Under the pieces are notes generated by a model that saw only the letters and a list, made by a program, of their open reading frames with translations, ran no database searches and was not told the origin of the DNA. A DNA stretch of 59,835 nucleotides, filler included, from Sphacelaria rigidula (lineage: Eukaryota): NCBI GenBank assembly GCA_964200075.2. It is 7 parts of 7 records of this genome, joined end to end, with 100 filler letters (N's around TTAATTAATTAA, not from the genome) between each part and the next. Parts side by side here need not be neighbours in the genome. Positions count along the whole stretch, not along the records: positions 1 to 8,463 come from CAXNAA020011057.1; positions 8,564 to 17,026 come from CAXNAA020011058.1; 5 more parts are not named here. One strand, given 5' to 3'. Shown piece by piece: positions 1 through 11,344 of the stretch; the stretch's first letter is position 1; every line of letters begins with the position of its first letter. A program made the translations under genes and the position numbers.

Positions 1-3000
1 GTTTGGGCTGCGTGTAACTGGGTTGCAACGCTGAAATAAAGCCGACGGAGTGATTCGTCACGAATCGACTCATAATACTAAAACCAACTAATTTCCTGAC
101 AAATCATTATTTGTCCGACGCTCGGACCCTTTTCGATACCTTGTGGTACACTTTTTGACACTGTACTGTTGTAATATTCTGCCCTGGGTGTCAAAAACAC
201 AACAAACAACATACGGTATTTGGAAAAAGCGGGATACTCGAGCGAAAAACAGGAAAGCGGTGCTCATACTGGTACGTATTTTCAGCGACATGCCTCTGTT
301 TCCGACCTGAAGCCGACCCGTTCGTGAGCTACTCAGAAGGGAGCTTGTCTTCTTTTCAGACACTAACAACTCTCTGTGCAGGTGAACGAAAAATCTACAT
401 GAGAAATAGAAAGCTCTGCATGTGCACTTTCTTCCTTGTCTTCGGTATAACATAGTAGAGTTGACCCTTTCACCGTGAGCATGGGTCATCTTTTGAAAGG
501 GCTTCAACAATCGTATTCAGTTGACAAAAATGACGCATGAGCCATATGGTTTATCCTCGCGGCCAAGGGGTGAATAGTGACGGGACATACCAGCGCCGAC
601 GATGGAGAAGTACTTCCCCTTGACTAACCTTGAATGTATTATACGTGGTATATTAGTATGTTCACCCTTGAACCGCGAACGTACTCTATGTGGAGTATGC
701 ACATTTATTTCGAATGAATTTGATGCCGATTCAACAGATAGCTAACCCTCCACCAGGTGACAAAAGCCGACATTTTGCCATCGATATGATCATCATTATT
801 ATTATGATATGACGGAAAAACGGTGCGGGCGGAGAAGACGCCCCGCATAGCAAGTAATCCCGCGCTGAACGGATACACGGTGCACATATAAAAGAAATGG
901 GCAACGGCAAGCACATGATAGCCCCACCTTTTGACGTATGCAATCCTAGGGCCGACCTGCCCCATAACTACGAGTGAGGGCAGAGGCTGCAGGGCCTGTC
1001 TCGGGGCCGTACGAATAACCTGGTTTCAGCGTATCGTACCTTCACAACGGCACGTCCTAGTCAGAAGGAATAGCCCATGAAAGTGGACAAGGGAGGCGAC
1101 TGGAATGGGCGTGCAACCCGGTCGGGGAGTAATAACGATGACGGCGGTACCACAGAAAGTGTTCAATCCGAGGAGGCATGCTCATCACGATGCTAAATAG
1201 ATGCTAAATACGCTGCAAGGGTAAGGCTGCGAGACGATTTTGTGCATGTATGCTGATCTACTATACCATGTACATTTACCCCTGCCCCGACAGGGCGTGA
1301 GAGATATTCCAAAAAAACTCGGCCCTCATGAATGAACCGCTCCTCCACACTGAAGGTATGTGAACCTCGAGGCTCGCTATATATCCAACTGTGAAGTACT
1401 GTGAGATGTAACCAGGTAAGTTCGAGATGCCTCCACGTCCCGGTGTACAGTACAGAATTTGCATCGTATCGAAAGTGCTGTACGGATTACAAGAAAGTTC
1501 AGAAATACAAACAGCAAGAGCAGAAGCCCAGCATTGTGACTGCCCCGACTGAAATGACCCTCCGTCGGTGATGTCCGACTGATGATATGTTGAGTATTTG
1601 GCTGCATTTGCAGAGAGGGAGAGCATTGCCGTGCGCAAGGAATTACGTATACAGTACCATCATGAGCAAGCGCGACGGGGAGCGCACGACAAACAAATAG
1701 CAAGACCGGAAAGAGAAAGAGCGAGCACAGGACAAGAGGTCTGCTCAACATAATATACATCAGATCCCAGACACAACCTAGATTCGCATTTTTACTGCAG
1801 CACAGCTTACGCGAACCTAGGTACAGACATTCATGGTTGATGGACTACTCAGTTTGAGACAACCAGGTACTGTAATGACGTTATATTACATTCTCGAAAA
1901 CTACTCGTTGCTCCTCGTGCTCGCCAACTATACGCCAGTCGCTTGCACGACAACGAAAAGCACCCTATACTCTCCAATTCCCCGAAATTCCGTCTCTCTT
2001 CGACTCCGGGTTAGTGTTGTTAGCCGTCGGGGATTGACGCGAAGAACATACGGTTACCGACGCATCTCCTTCAGCCAGACTCCCAGAAACCTTTCGCCGG
2101 GTTCGCTGGCACCCACCGCAGATTTCGGGGGTGATGCTGGAAGTGTCTGTGTGGATACAGTTACTGGGTGGTTGGCTGTACTTATTTTTGTCGGTGGCCA
2201 CTCTACGAACGTACGCACAACACGGCGATGTTGACCACCAAAGATAGTTTCCAACAGTCCAGCGAGGACGTACCCCTACAGTACATCCCCCCCAAGGATG
2301 AGTAATCAATACCGAGTACCGGAGTGAAAAACGGGGCGTGCGCGGTGAAGATGGGGCCGCCTCTGACGGCGCATTTGTGTTTCGTACTCTGCACGTGATA
2401 CACTGCTTCACGGAAACGGAATAGTAAGATTTACAACAGTCATGTCCGGTACGTAGTATCAGCTTGCGGGCTCATGCAGCCGGAACCAATCATGCTCACT
2501 CTGGGAGGCCTGAGTACAGGACCGGTTGTTCTGTAGTACAGTACACTACGGTAAAAAACTGAAAGTAGTACCTGTTGTTCCATTACCCGTCCGGTCACCT
2601 GCCCACGCGCCGGCAACCAAGACGCGGGAAGTTGCTCTGTCGTCTGTAGGTCACTGTCTTGCTCGGTGTCTGTCTTCACCGAAACCACTTGTTCTCTGGT
2701 CGGCATCACCATCGAGTCTCGCAACGACGGAATCCTGCGATATATTGACTCTTGCTCTCTCATATCATCCCCCGTGCAGGAAGTTGGACATTTTCAAATC
2801 CGAAATCTCAACTGCATTATGTTCATGCGATTCTCATCACAATTCTACACGGAACACTCCATGACACGCGTGTGTGCCACGATGGGACGAGAACGAGGCT
2901 CATATTAGTGAAAAGAGGAAGTGGCAATCCGTGTGTCACCGCGGATGGGACTAGGGTGAAATCGAAGACGCGGGGAAGCGCAGAGATGGAACCTCCGGTG

Positions 3001-4205
3001 GAATCTCTGTCCTATACTTGACTTTCTTGTGCCTCTCAATTTTCATGAACCTCTCATGCCCATGATAGATCAATCTTCTGGGCTCGAGTCATACGGGAGC
3101 ATGAAGCTCGGCTCGTGCAAGATACAGGGTCGATAAGAACTAGAAAAAGTGGGCGAACGGCAATTGTATGAGCACCATATTGTGGAGCAGAGCATAGCAG
3201 CCGGTGTCGGCGGTAGTGCGTGTTGATCATCAAACCACCATCATTTCACGTGGATGAGTGTCCTCGCTTTCGGTGAATATCGGTGCTTACGATAGCCCGT
3301 TTTTTCGCGCCTGGAATGCGGCGTTTTTTCAGAACTTGGTACCGTCGTGCCCTCGTCGGGAAGTTCCGTCTTTTCGGTGTCGAGCATACAAGATCTCACC
3401 CAACTGACTTCATCTCTAAAACCAAGGACTCGACGGTAGATATCCATACGTCACGCTCGGACGTCTCGTACACCTACCTCCCTGCCAACGCCACTAAATC
3501 CGCCGAAGAACACACACGGCGACTTTTTACGCTGTACTGCTTGCAAATGCTGTCTATCTGCTACGTGTAACCATATGCAGAACTAGGCACTGTTCTACCG
3601 ACAGTACAGTGCTGCACAGCAGGTCGAGTTACCGACAACAGGATCAAAAAATGATATTTTGGTTGGGCGGTGATGCCATGGCGCATCAAGTCATGATACA
3701 CGAAACTCGGGGCGAGATCACCGACGACATCGGGTCGACAAAGAGCACTGCAGTGTCCGACATGGAAACGTCTTTTCGCATCACAACCCAGCGTGAGTTG
3801 GTTCAATTCACATAAGGTCTAGCGAGAAAATACGATGGCGAGGTGTATATCCCGTGAGCTCGGTCAGTCGCAACCGCCTCGATTGTTCGGTTTGGCCAAC
3901 AGTTGATTCGAGAGGAATGAAACCTATGCAGCGTTTATATAGGGCGGTGAGAGAGAGTGTTGATCAACCGCGATTGCCTCCACTACTGGGGTGCACCCTG
4001 CCGACAAAATCATTAGCGTTGGACATAGAATGAACAGACCTGTCCATCACCAACCCTGGTTGTGGCCAGCAGAGAGAGGATGTCGAGGTGATCGCCTTTC
4101 AACGCCGTCAGCACTCTCTGTTGTGTCTGGTGTTTGTGCAATCTGTGATCCAACACACAGCACACGTTGAAACCGGATTCGAAGACGAGAAACAGTAGTA
4201 CTCAC

Positions 4206-4346
4206 CCTCCGTTTGCAACACACGAAGGACACGGTGGTTTTGCTGCGCTTCTCCTCTTCCTCCTCTGGTGAGCAATCGCTAGCCCTCGCGTGTTGGATGA
4301 GCACACAAGTGAAGTGTTCCTCCAGGGCACTATCTATGGCTACCGA
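4206..4346 (-). CDS. Candidate internal exon of an unidentified gene (SVAIDSALEEHFTCVLIQHARASDCSPEEEEEKRSKTTVSFVCCKRR)
   Basis: Pyrimidine tract plus CAGTAG acceptor, 47 open codons, strong AGG|GTGAGT donor. No homology recognised and no partner exons confidently found. Confidence 0.3.
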
Positions 4347-4873
4347 CTACTGCAGACAGTGCAACAGAAGAAACAGCCAGTTCTGGCTCTTGGAGACAGC
4401 GTACAGCTCTTCAGAGGCGTTTTCTTTTGTGTTCCCCTCCTCCCAACTCCCAACTACCAAATTTGAACCAAAGTTTCGAATGGAAAAAAAAACGAAAGAA
4501 AAAAATACTGGAATTACTCGATAGAAATTGAAAATAGTCTATTTGACCACCCGAAGCTCGAAAATACCGCGCTCGTGAAACAATTTCTCTGGCACGTCGA
4601 TGCTATTTTTCTGTATTTACTAGTAGCTGTATTACAGTGATAAAACACGCACGTGAACGAGCTGCGAGTGTAAATTGCAGACCATAACTGACCCTACGGT
4701 TGTTGTGTTTTGTGTCTCCTGTAAATAGTGGTGATGCATAATAAGGTGGAAACCAAGAATAGTATTCTGCCCCAGTAAAATGTCCGCAGCACACACACAA
4801 GACACAACACGGAGCCGAGGACCATACACCTACGAGCGCTCGTGGAGAAACTATTCACCAAACTATTCACCCC

Positions 4874-4979
4874 TTAACCCTTGGACCGCGAGGTAAGTCT
4901 TCTGTTGAATCGGCATCAATTTCGAGTGAAAAAAAGTATGCATGATCCAGAAAGACTAATCTCGGGGTCCAAGTGTTAA
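4874..4979. mobile_element. 98-bp piggyBac-like MITE with TTAA target-site duplications
   Basis: TTAA-CCCTTGGACCGCGAG ... CTCGGGGTCCAAGTG-TTAA: 15-bp TIRs with 2 mismatches, TTAA on both sides (4874-4877, 4976-4979), CCCT-type end typical of piggyBac. Confidence 0.75.
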
Positions 4980-5660
4980 CTCTACCGAAAACGAATCGAC
5001 TCCAAAAACAATCATATGTAATTTCTATCAGAATCAACACTGCGATAAGATTGAAATCTTTCGAGGTACTGTAGAATATGAGATATTATGATAATACTGG
5101 TGGACGGGGGGTATACTGTCTGTAAGTGAATGAGGGCCGCAGTACTTCAGTCATCAGACAGGCTGAAAAATCGAAAATTCATGGGATGGAAAAGGGTGCA
5201 ACGAATTTTCCAAGCGAAGTCTGCAATAGATCCTCTCTGAGCTACCTCATTCCTTCGGCATATTTCTGTCGGAGGGAAAGGGCTGGGGCGCACCGAGGCC
5301 TGGTATGGGCGCGTGTGCTGAAAAATCAAAGTGTTGGCGGTTTCTTCCTCTTTCTATTGTCGATGCGCGGGCCCGAGACTACACGGCCACGGCTCCGGTT
5401 GGTATTTGGTATTTGGTATTTGACGATAATACTATATAATTAGATGAGCACAATGGCATTCGGAGGGACTCGAGGTGTGCATGTCTGAAAGAATTAAGAA
5501 CAGTCAGTCCAGCAACAACAATCGAGTCATCACGGCCAGAGCACTGCCGATCGCAATCTGCAACGAGCCGTTGTCTACCGATCACGATCGATACTGCATT
5601 AAAACACACAGTAGTAGTACGTTACTATAACTCCACGGCGAGGAGAAGAATATCTTAGTT

Positions 5661-5772
5661 ACACAGCAGAAAAAAACTCCTGTGTTGACCTTCCTCCTGT
5701 GTGAACCCGGCTGGTGCGCCTACATATACCGAAAGGCGTAAACTGGCGCCCGGAATAGACGGGATGACAACA
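5661..5772 (+). mobile_element. 3' part of a dispersed SINE-like repeat
   Basis: CCTCCTGTGTGA.CCCGGCTG.TGCGCCTACATAT.CCGAAAG...CTGGCGCCC.GAATAGA.GGGA.GACAAC is shared with 8564-8641 in another contig. Confidence 0.65.
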
Positions 5773-7683
5773 GAGCGACTTTTCGATATATGAGAAAGGA
5801 GCAATACCGATATTTCATTGTACAAATGGTGCTGGATGCTAGATGATGATGGTCGTTGTAAATAAATACGAACACGGTGAGAGAGGATGGCCTTGTCGCT
5901 CGAAATTTCGTACTCTCTGGAATGGACTGTGTAACTGTACACAAAACAGCCTTTCACAATTCGGCACATTCACATTTATAATCTTTGAAACGGCGGAACT
6001 TTGTTGGCGGGACCGAAGTACTGTACCTACTACTGTTGTACGTCACCTTCTAGGACGAAACTGCCTCATTTTGCCATTCGTCTTGAAAACATACGAGTTG
6101 GACGAAAAACATACATGAAGCACATGTAGACAGGGTAGGGGTATGCTCCCGATTTACGGTATGCTTTGCAAAGTGAGAGAAAGGGGCTATCTTGTGGATC
6201 CGTATTGAACAGGTAGAGAGGTCGGTCTTGCTTGGTGACAAGCAAGGCATCAACCCCCGACCCGTCCTTGGAACCTTTTACCCCTTCATGGTTGGGATGC
6301 ATAACTGACCGAGAAAGAGCGAGGCGACGCGAGGCCTCACCCGCCGGGTAGCAACTGCTGTTGTGTAAGCATGTTTAGAGCCGCCCGACATCACGACGTG
6401 CATGCTTGAAGCATGGCGGATGGTATACCCAAGGGCTCGCTCGACTAATGGTGATGCGGGTACCGTGACACGCGTCAGACTTGACATGAGGCATCATGTG
6501 CGTGGCTAGGTGATATTTTGTGTTCCTGGTGTCACAAGCGCACGCCAGAACGAAGCCGACGGCAGAGACAGATAGATCGGTTCCTACCGCATGTATGTAC
6601 GTACAACTCATACATTATCTCGAGGGTTCCATGTTGACACAAAATTGCAACGCACAGCACGAGAAGTTCTGGGTAACCACGAGCACATGGGTGTTACCGC
6701 CGATGAGATGCAGCCTTGTCAGCGACAGAAAAGCCACTGTGAATCGTATCCAACTTGTCGTAGATGGCCTCCTTCCGCGAAAAGCCAAAAGTGTAGGAAG
6801 ATATTATGGATATCTTCACAATAATCAACCGGCTCTTACTCGTGTATCGTCGATTCGTGGATATCTTGATCCACTGTCTGTTGAGCGGAGCGGGGAAACT
6901 CTCAACGACTACTGTATTGTGTTGTTGCCGACACTTGGCTGTGGTTGAACAGCACACTGCGTTACAAAAGAGAACGTCACAGCAGCACAGGAGTACATCA
7001 ATGGCATCCACCGTTGTTTGCGGCGCGCGAGAGGAAAAGTAAGCATGCTGCTACTACTACGGTGGTAAAAGTAGAGGTGAGAGACAGAAGACATGCTTCA
7101 TTGTATAATATAGTCATCATTTGTGTTGTGCAGTGGAGCCTAGTATACAATGATGTTGGAATGTATGCGTATAAATGTTTTGAATGTGGACTACAGTACA
7201 AGTATGGTGCTCTCCTTCGTATGCGTCAACATCCTCCGCGCGTGTGCCTTTGAACTCACCCCTCAAGCTCTCCTATGTACCGCACCATAAAGGACAGGGC
7301 TGGTCTGGACTACATTGTTGTTCTGTTGCGTACATAACATAGTAGGCGAGAACCGCAAGAAAGCTGTCACTACTCTCACGTAGTAGTTATAGTTGCAGTA
7401 GAGTGTACACGCCCGCTCGGTGCTAGGCTTAGTACTGAATGTATCTCTACCCTCCAAGACTTCCCTTGACTTCCTACACCATGATACGACCACCTTGTAC
7501 TAAACTAGAACGTACTAATTATTCCACGACTGACATGTCCGTACCGCACACAGCAAAACATGACGCGCACAGCAGTATGTGTGATGTCGTCTGTTCCTCA
7601 TAGTCGGCTGCGCTATCCCGAGCCTGTACCGACTGTACTGCATTCTCGAAGCATGCTGTTGTTGGGCTTTTGAATGGTGCAAA

Positions 7684-7879
7684 CACACGCGGCCATTTGG
7701 CTACACCCCAAAATGCCTCCAGAGGGATGTGCGGCCCTCGAGGGGGAAAACAAGCCTCCGGAGGACTTCAATCCCTCTGGAGGGCCGCGGACCCCCCCGG
7801 GAGGCGTTTGATTCCTCCGGAGGCTTGAAAAGTTCACCCACCTGGAGGAATTTTGGAGGTAGCCAAATAGCCGCATGTG
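7684..7879. mobile_element. ~196-bp fold-back MITE
   Basis: Terminal inverted repeats CACACGCGGCCATTTGGCTACACCCCAAAATGCCTCCAG / CTGGAGGAATTTTGGAGGTAGCCAAATAGCCGCATGTG, plus an inner inverted pair CAAGCCTCCGGAGGA / TCCTCCGGAGGCTTG. No clear TSD. Confidence 0.7.
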
Positions 7880-8463
7880 AGGGCCTTCCGGCAGTACCTC
7901 AGTCATTGTTCAACGGTTGGTTGGGCAATGATGCACCAGAGGGAATTTATATACTGCTTCCTCATTGTAGATGCCACAAAAAAACTGAGACGAAAGCCGG
8001 TACGAAAGGACGACAACAATCTCGTGGAAGATTTGCTGCTCGGTGGCGGGTGCGTAGCGATGAATGTTACTGCATCTTCTCGGCGTTCTTCTGTCTGTGT
8101 GGTTGAACTACAGTCATATTTTGCCAGCAACGTCGCTCTCGTAAATCAGCCAACGTACAATGATATACTTCCTATGTGTCACAAGGAAAGTATTTCACGT
8201 ACGTCCACACGGGCCATGAGTTTGTCGTGCCGTGTGCGTGAGGCGAAAAAATTATGGAAATCATGGGCGCTCTTTATACTTGGAACATATTTGTTGTCTA
8301 TTTTTGCGCATATATATCCCTGCATGGGACAGTGGGTGAAAAAAAGCAACAGGCCTGAAGATGACGATTTGTCTCTCCTAGTCCGCGGGCGGGGGGGGGG
8401 GGGGAGAAATCATTGCCGGTTCGCCAAAGGCGCAGCACAAGGGACCCGCCCGCCCTCCACGAC

Positions 8464-8563
8464 NNNNNNNNNNNNNNNNNNNNNNNNNNNNNNNNNNNNN
8501 NNNNNNNTTAATTAATTAANNNNNNNNNNNNNNNNNNNNNNNNNNNNNNNNNNNNNNNNNNNN
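8464..8563. other. Artificial contig-joining spacer (N44-TTAATTAATTAA-N44)
   Basis: 100-nt spacer with a six-frame stop linker, identical to the other five spacers. Confidence 0.98.
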
Positions 8564-8722
8564 CCTCCTGTGTGACCCCGGCTGATGCGCCTACATATCC
8601 CGAAAGAGGTATACTGGCGCCCAGAATAGATGGGACGACAACACACAACAACACACAATATATTTTGACCACCCGACGCGTCGACATATCGAGCGGGCAA
8701 TATGTCTAACTAAGATTACGTG
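8564..8722 (+). mobile_element. 3' part of SINE-like repeat, truncated by contig start
   Basis: Homologous to 5693-5772, followed by a CAACACA-type simple repeat. Confidence 0.65.
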
Positions 8723-9399
8723 TGAACGCTCCCGTGCAAGCGGGTCAATTATACCTAGTCTTAAAACAGTACACTTCACAAAACCCTTCAGCTCTACTTC
8801 ACCCTGCGACATTTTTCATTTTCCAAAGCTCGATGAGACAGTGCAATGTTTTTCCATCACCGGTCACCTTGGACAAGGGCGAGATTCGACCTTCTGCCCA
8901 AGAAGTCAGTGCCTGAAAGTGTGCGCGTAGTAGGCAATACGCGGAGCCCAGATGGTGGATCTGACACTTTGATTATGAAAAACGGAAATTTCAACTAAAC
9001 ATGCATACACGCGGTGGACACCGATGGCACCAAAACGATTTCTTGGAGTTCGGTGAATTTTGCTGTCGCAGTTTTTTTTTTTTTCTCATCTCTTTCTGTG
9101 TTGTCTATTATTCGGCAATCGCAGCCTTTATTGTGTATGTGCAACACATGGCGTTCAAACGGTAACGCAGTTATATTTATATTTCCTTACACCATAGTCG
9201 TCTGAATCGTATGAGCGCGACATATGCGTGCGTCGTATTGATATTTTCAATCAACAACAGTCATGGACGCCGTGTTTGTTGTTGCCTGTTTGCAGAGTTT
9301 TCTGTGTTCCTAAGATTCGATTTCCCGGCGTTCGGGTTTCGGTGAATTCAACAGCCGATTTGCCGCGGTTCGGTGAACTTTGGAGCCGGATTTATTGTC

Positions 9400-10040
9400 T
9401 CTGTCTGTACTGTCTGCGTCGCTCTCAAGCAGTGTCTTCAGTGCCTGTGTGCGTGTTTCAGTCAGGAGGATATAGAAGAAGAGAAGCGGGCAACGTGCAG
9501 TGCAGACAGCCCAGGACAATCAGTTCTCTCTCCTCCCAATGCGACGTGAGAAGGACCTCAGCAACGTGCATCTTTGTGCTGCCTGCACTGTCCATGAGCG
9601 TGCACGCAACTCGGTTGCGCACCGTACCGCGCAGTTCCGTCGTTGATGCCTACCATGAGAGAAGATGCAAAGTCAAGTTTTCGCCAACAAAAATAGACAT
9701 AGCACAACCACCTGCTGTACTGCAGTGTATCCATCCCTGGGCTCAATTCGTGCGCTATGCTGCAGGATTGCGGTGGTAGCTGAGATTGAGTTGAACGGGG
9801 TTTGCATGTTTCTGTGAACAGGTGTTATCTGGCGTGGTGGTCTGTAAGATAGGAGTCAAGTGCCGCTTCGTGCCTTTCGACCGCATGTTTTCGATCGAAC
9901 ACGATTGTTTTTAACCTCGTTGCAATCTTCTCTGCGCGCCCCTGATTATAATTTTGAGTTGAAGCCTTCTGGGAACATGACTGCGGTACACGTATCGGAT
10001 CGGCGAAAAACAAATCGACCGAACTTTTTCGATCGAAAAG
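9400..10040 (+). repeat. Dispersed repeat family rich in TTCGATCGAA motifs (probable non-autonomous DNA transposon)
   Basis: Aligns by eye over ~500 bp with 21420-21900, and partially with 22400-22620, 23200-23420 and 36590-36690. Confidence 0.7.
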
Positions 10041-10047
10041 CAAAGTG

Positions 10048-10374
10048 CTAATGGCGTTCGAAATTCCTGTGTAAAACTGCCTTTTGGGCCCTTCTCCGTC
10101 GATTTACGCCCGAAAAAAAGGCTAGGCAAAAACGGGGGGAATTTTTCTGTCACCTGACCGTTTTTCACTGAAGATCTGTGTGTGGCCTCATTTGGCCAAA
10201 ACCTAAAGTGCGGCCAGCGGGAAATGCAAAGTTGACCTATAACGGTCTCAACAAGTAGAGGAAGCCAGCCATTCCAAGGCGTCAACATGCGTCTAGCCCT
10301 CTTTTCGGGCGTAAATCGACGGAGAAGGACCCAACAGGCAGTTATAAAGAGGAATTTCGAACTGCTACCATTAG
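10048..10374. mobile_element. MITE with ~80-bp TIRs
   Basis: GTTCGAAATTCCT...AACTGCCTTTTGGGCCCTTCTCCGTCGATTTACGCCCGAAAA versus the inverted TTTTCGGGCGTAAATCGACGGAGAAGGACCCAACAGGCAGTT...AGGAATTTCGAAC. Confidence 0.8.
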
Positions 10375-10441
10375 GATTGGCCTAAGACACGCCCTGAAAG
10401 GGAAACAAAATTGCGCGAAAGAACGCATGAAACATTGAGGC

Positions 10442-10769
10442 GACCTGAAGAAATGTACGTAAACAATGGTTGGTACTATGGAGATGCCGCCAATTCTAAC
10501 GCTAACCCTAACCGTAACCCCAACCAAGGCATACCGAGAACCCTCGGACAAGGGGGTGCAGAGTGTTGTCCCCTTGGCCAAGTGTGCGTTGCCAGAGCTC
10601 AAATCGACGCATTTCAGCTGATTTTGGATCAAAATACGTTCTGGACGAACTGGGTCTACTGTTTCCACTGCTCACCTGCCCCAGACCATGAATTTTCTCA
10701 GAACTCTATTGAGCCTAAAATCAAGTAAAATCGAGTGCCAACCATTGTTTACGTACATTTCCTTAGGTC
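10442..10769. mobile_element. MITE with ~36-bp TIRs and internal degenerate (CCCTAA)n repeats
   Basis: GACCTGAAGAAATGTACGTAAACAATGGTTGGTACT versus AGTGCCAACCATTGTTTACGTACATTTCCTTAGGTC. CTAAC GCTAAC CCTAAC CGTAAC CCCAAC at ~10496-10525. Confidence 0.8.
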
Positions 10770-10821
10770 TACTGCAAACATGACGCCCGTGTCGGATCCA
10801 TCATTTTCTACTCATCGCATA

Positions 10822-11344
10822 CTTCCTCTTTCCCATAAGTGAAGGTACCTGAATTTGTACGGGCCCTAAACGACGTCGATCGTTTTTTTATTTTGTATGA
10901 GCTCTACGGTGTTTTTTGGTTTAAGAAAACGTGTTTAAAATCTGCAGCTCGTGCTTGAACCATGCCACCGAACGGCTGCAAAAACAGTAGTCGGCCCAAG
11001 AATGACCGATTTTTGCCCCTTTCCGAGGGGAAAAATAGTGTCGATTTTTTTCTCTCGAATTTTTTTCAATCGCCCCCGCCTTCACCGGGGCTTGCTGCCA
11101 GGAAGTCCCACGCGATGGAAAAAAAAAAAGACACTTTTTCCCCTTCGGACAGGGGCAAGAAACGGCCATTTTTGGGCCGACTACTTTTATTGCAGCCGTT
11201 CGGCGGCATGGTTCAAGCACGAGCTGCAGATTTTGTCTTCTTAACCCGAAAAACAACGTAGAGTTTATTTAGAAATATAAAAACGACCGCACATCGTCAA
11301 GGGCCCGTACAAATTTAGGTACCTATACTTATGGGACAGAGAAG
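10822..11344. mobile_element. 523-bp Tc1/mariner-type (Stowaway-like) fold-back MITE, TA TSD
   Basis: TA|CTTCCTCTTTCCCATAAGT ... ACTTATGGGACAGAGAAG|TA, with inverted arms of ~230 bp (e.g. AAAATCTGCAGCTCGTGCTTGAACCATGCC and its reverse complement). Confidence 0.85.

Noticed and set aside
6650..8050. Possible plus-strand exons in contig 1 (6658-6738, 6951-7038, 7971-8049)
   Set aside because: Splice-like signals exist, but several frames are open and no consistent recognisable protein could be assembled.
8508..8519. TTAATTAATTAA as a biological motif or piggyBac site
   Set aside because: It is an artificial linker embedded in N runs.
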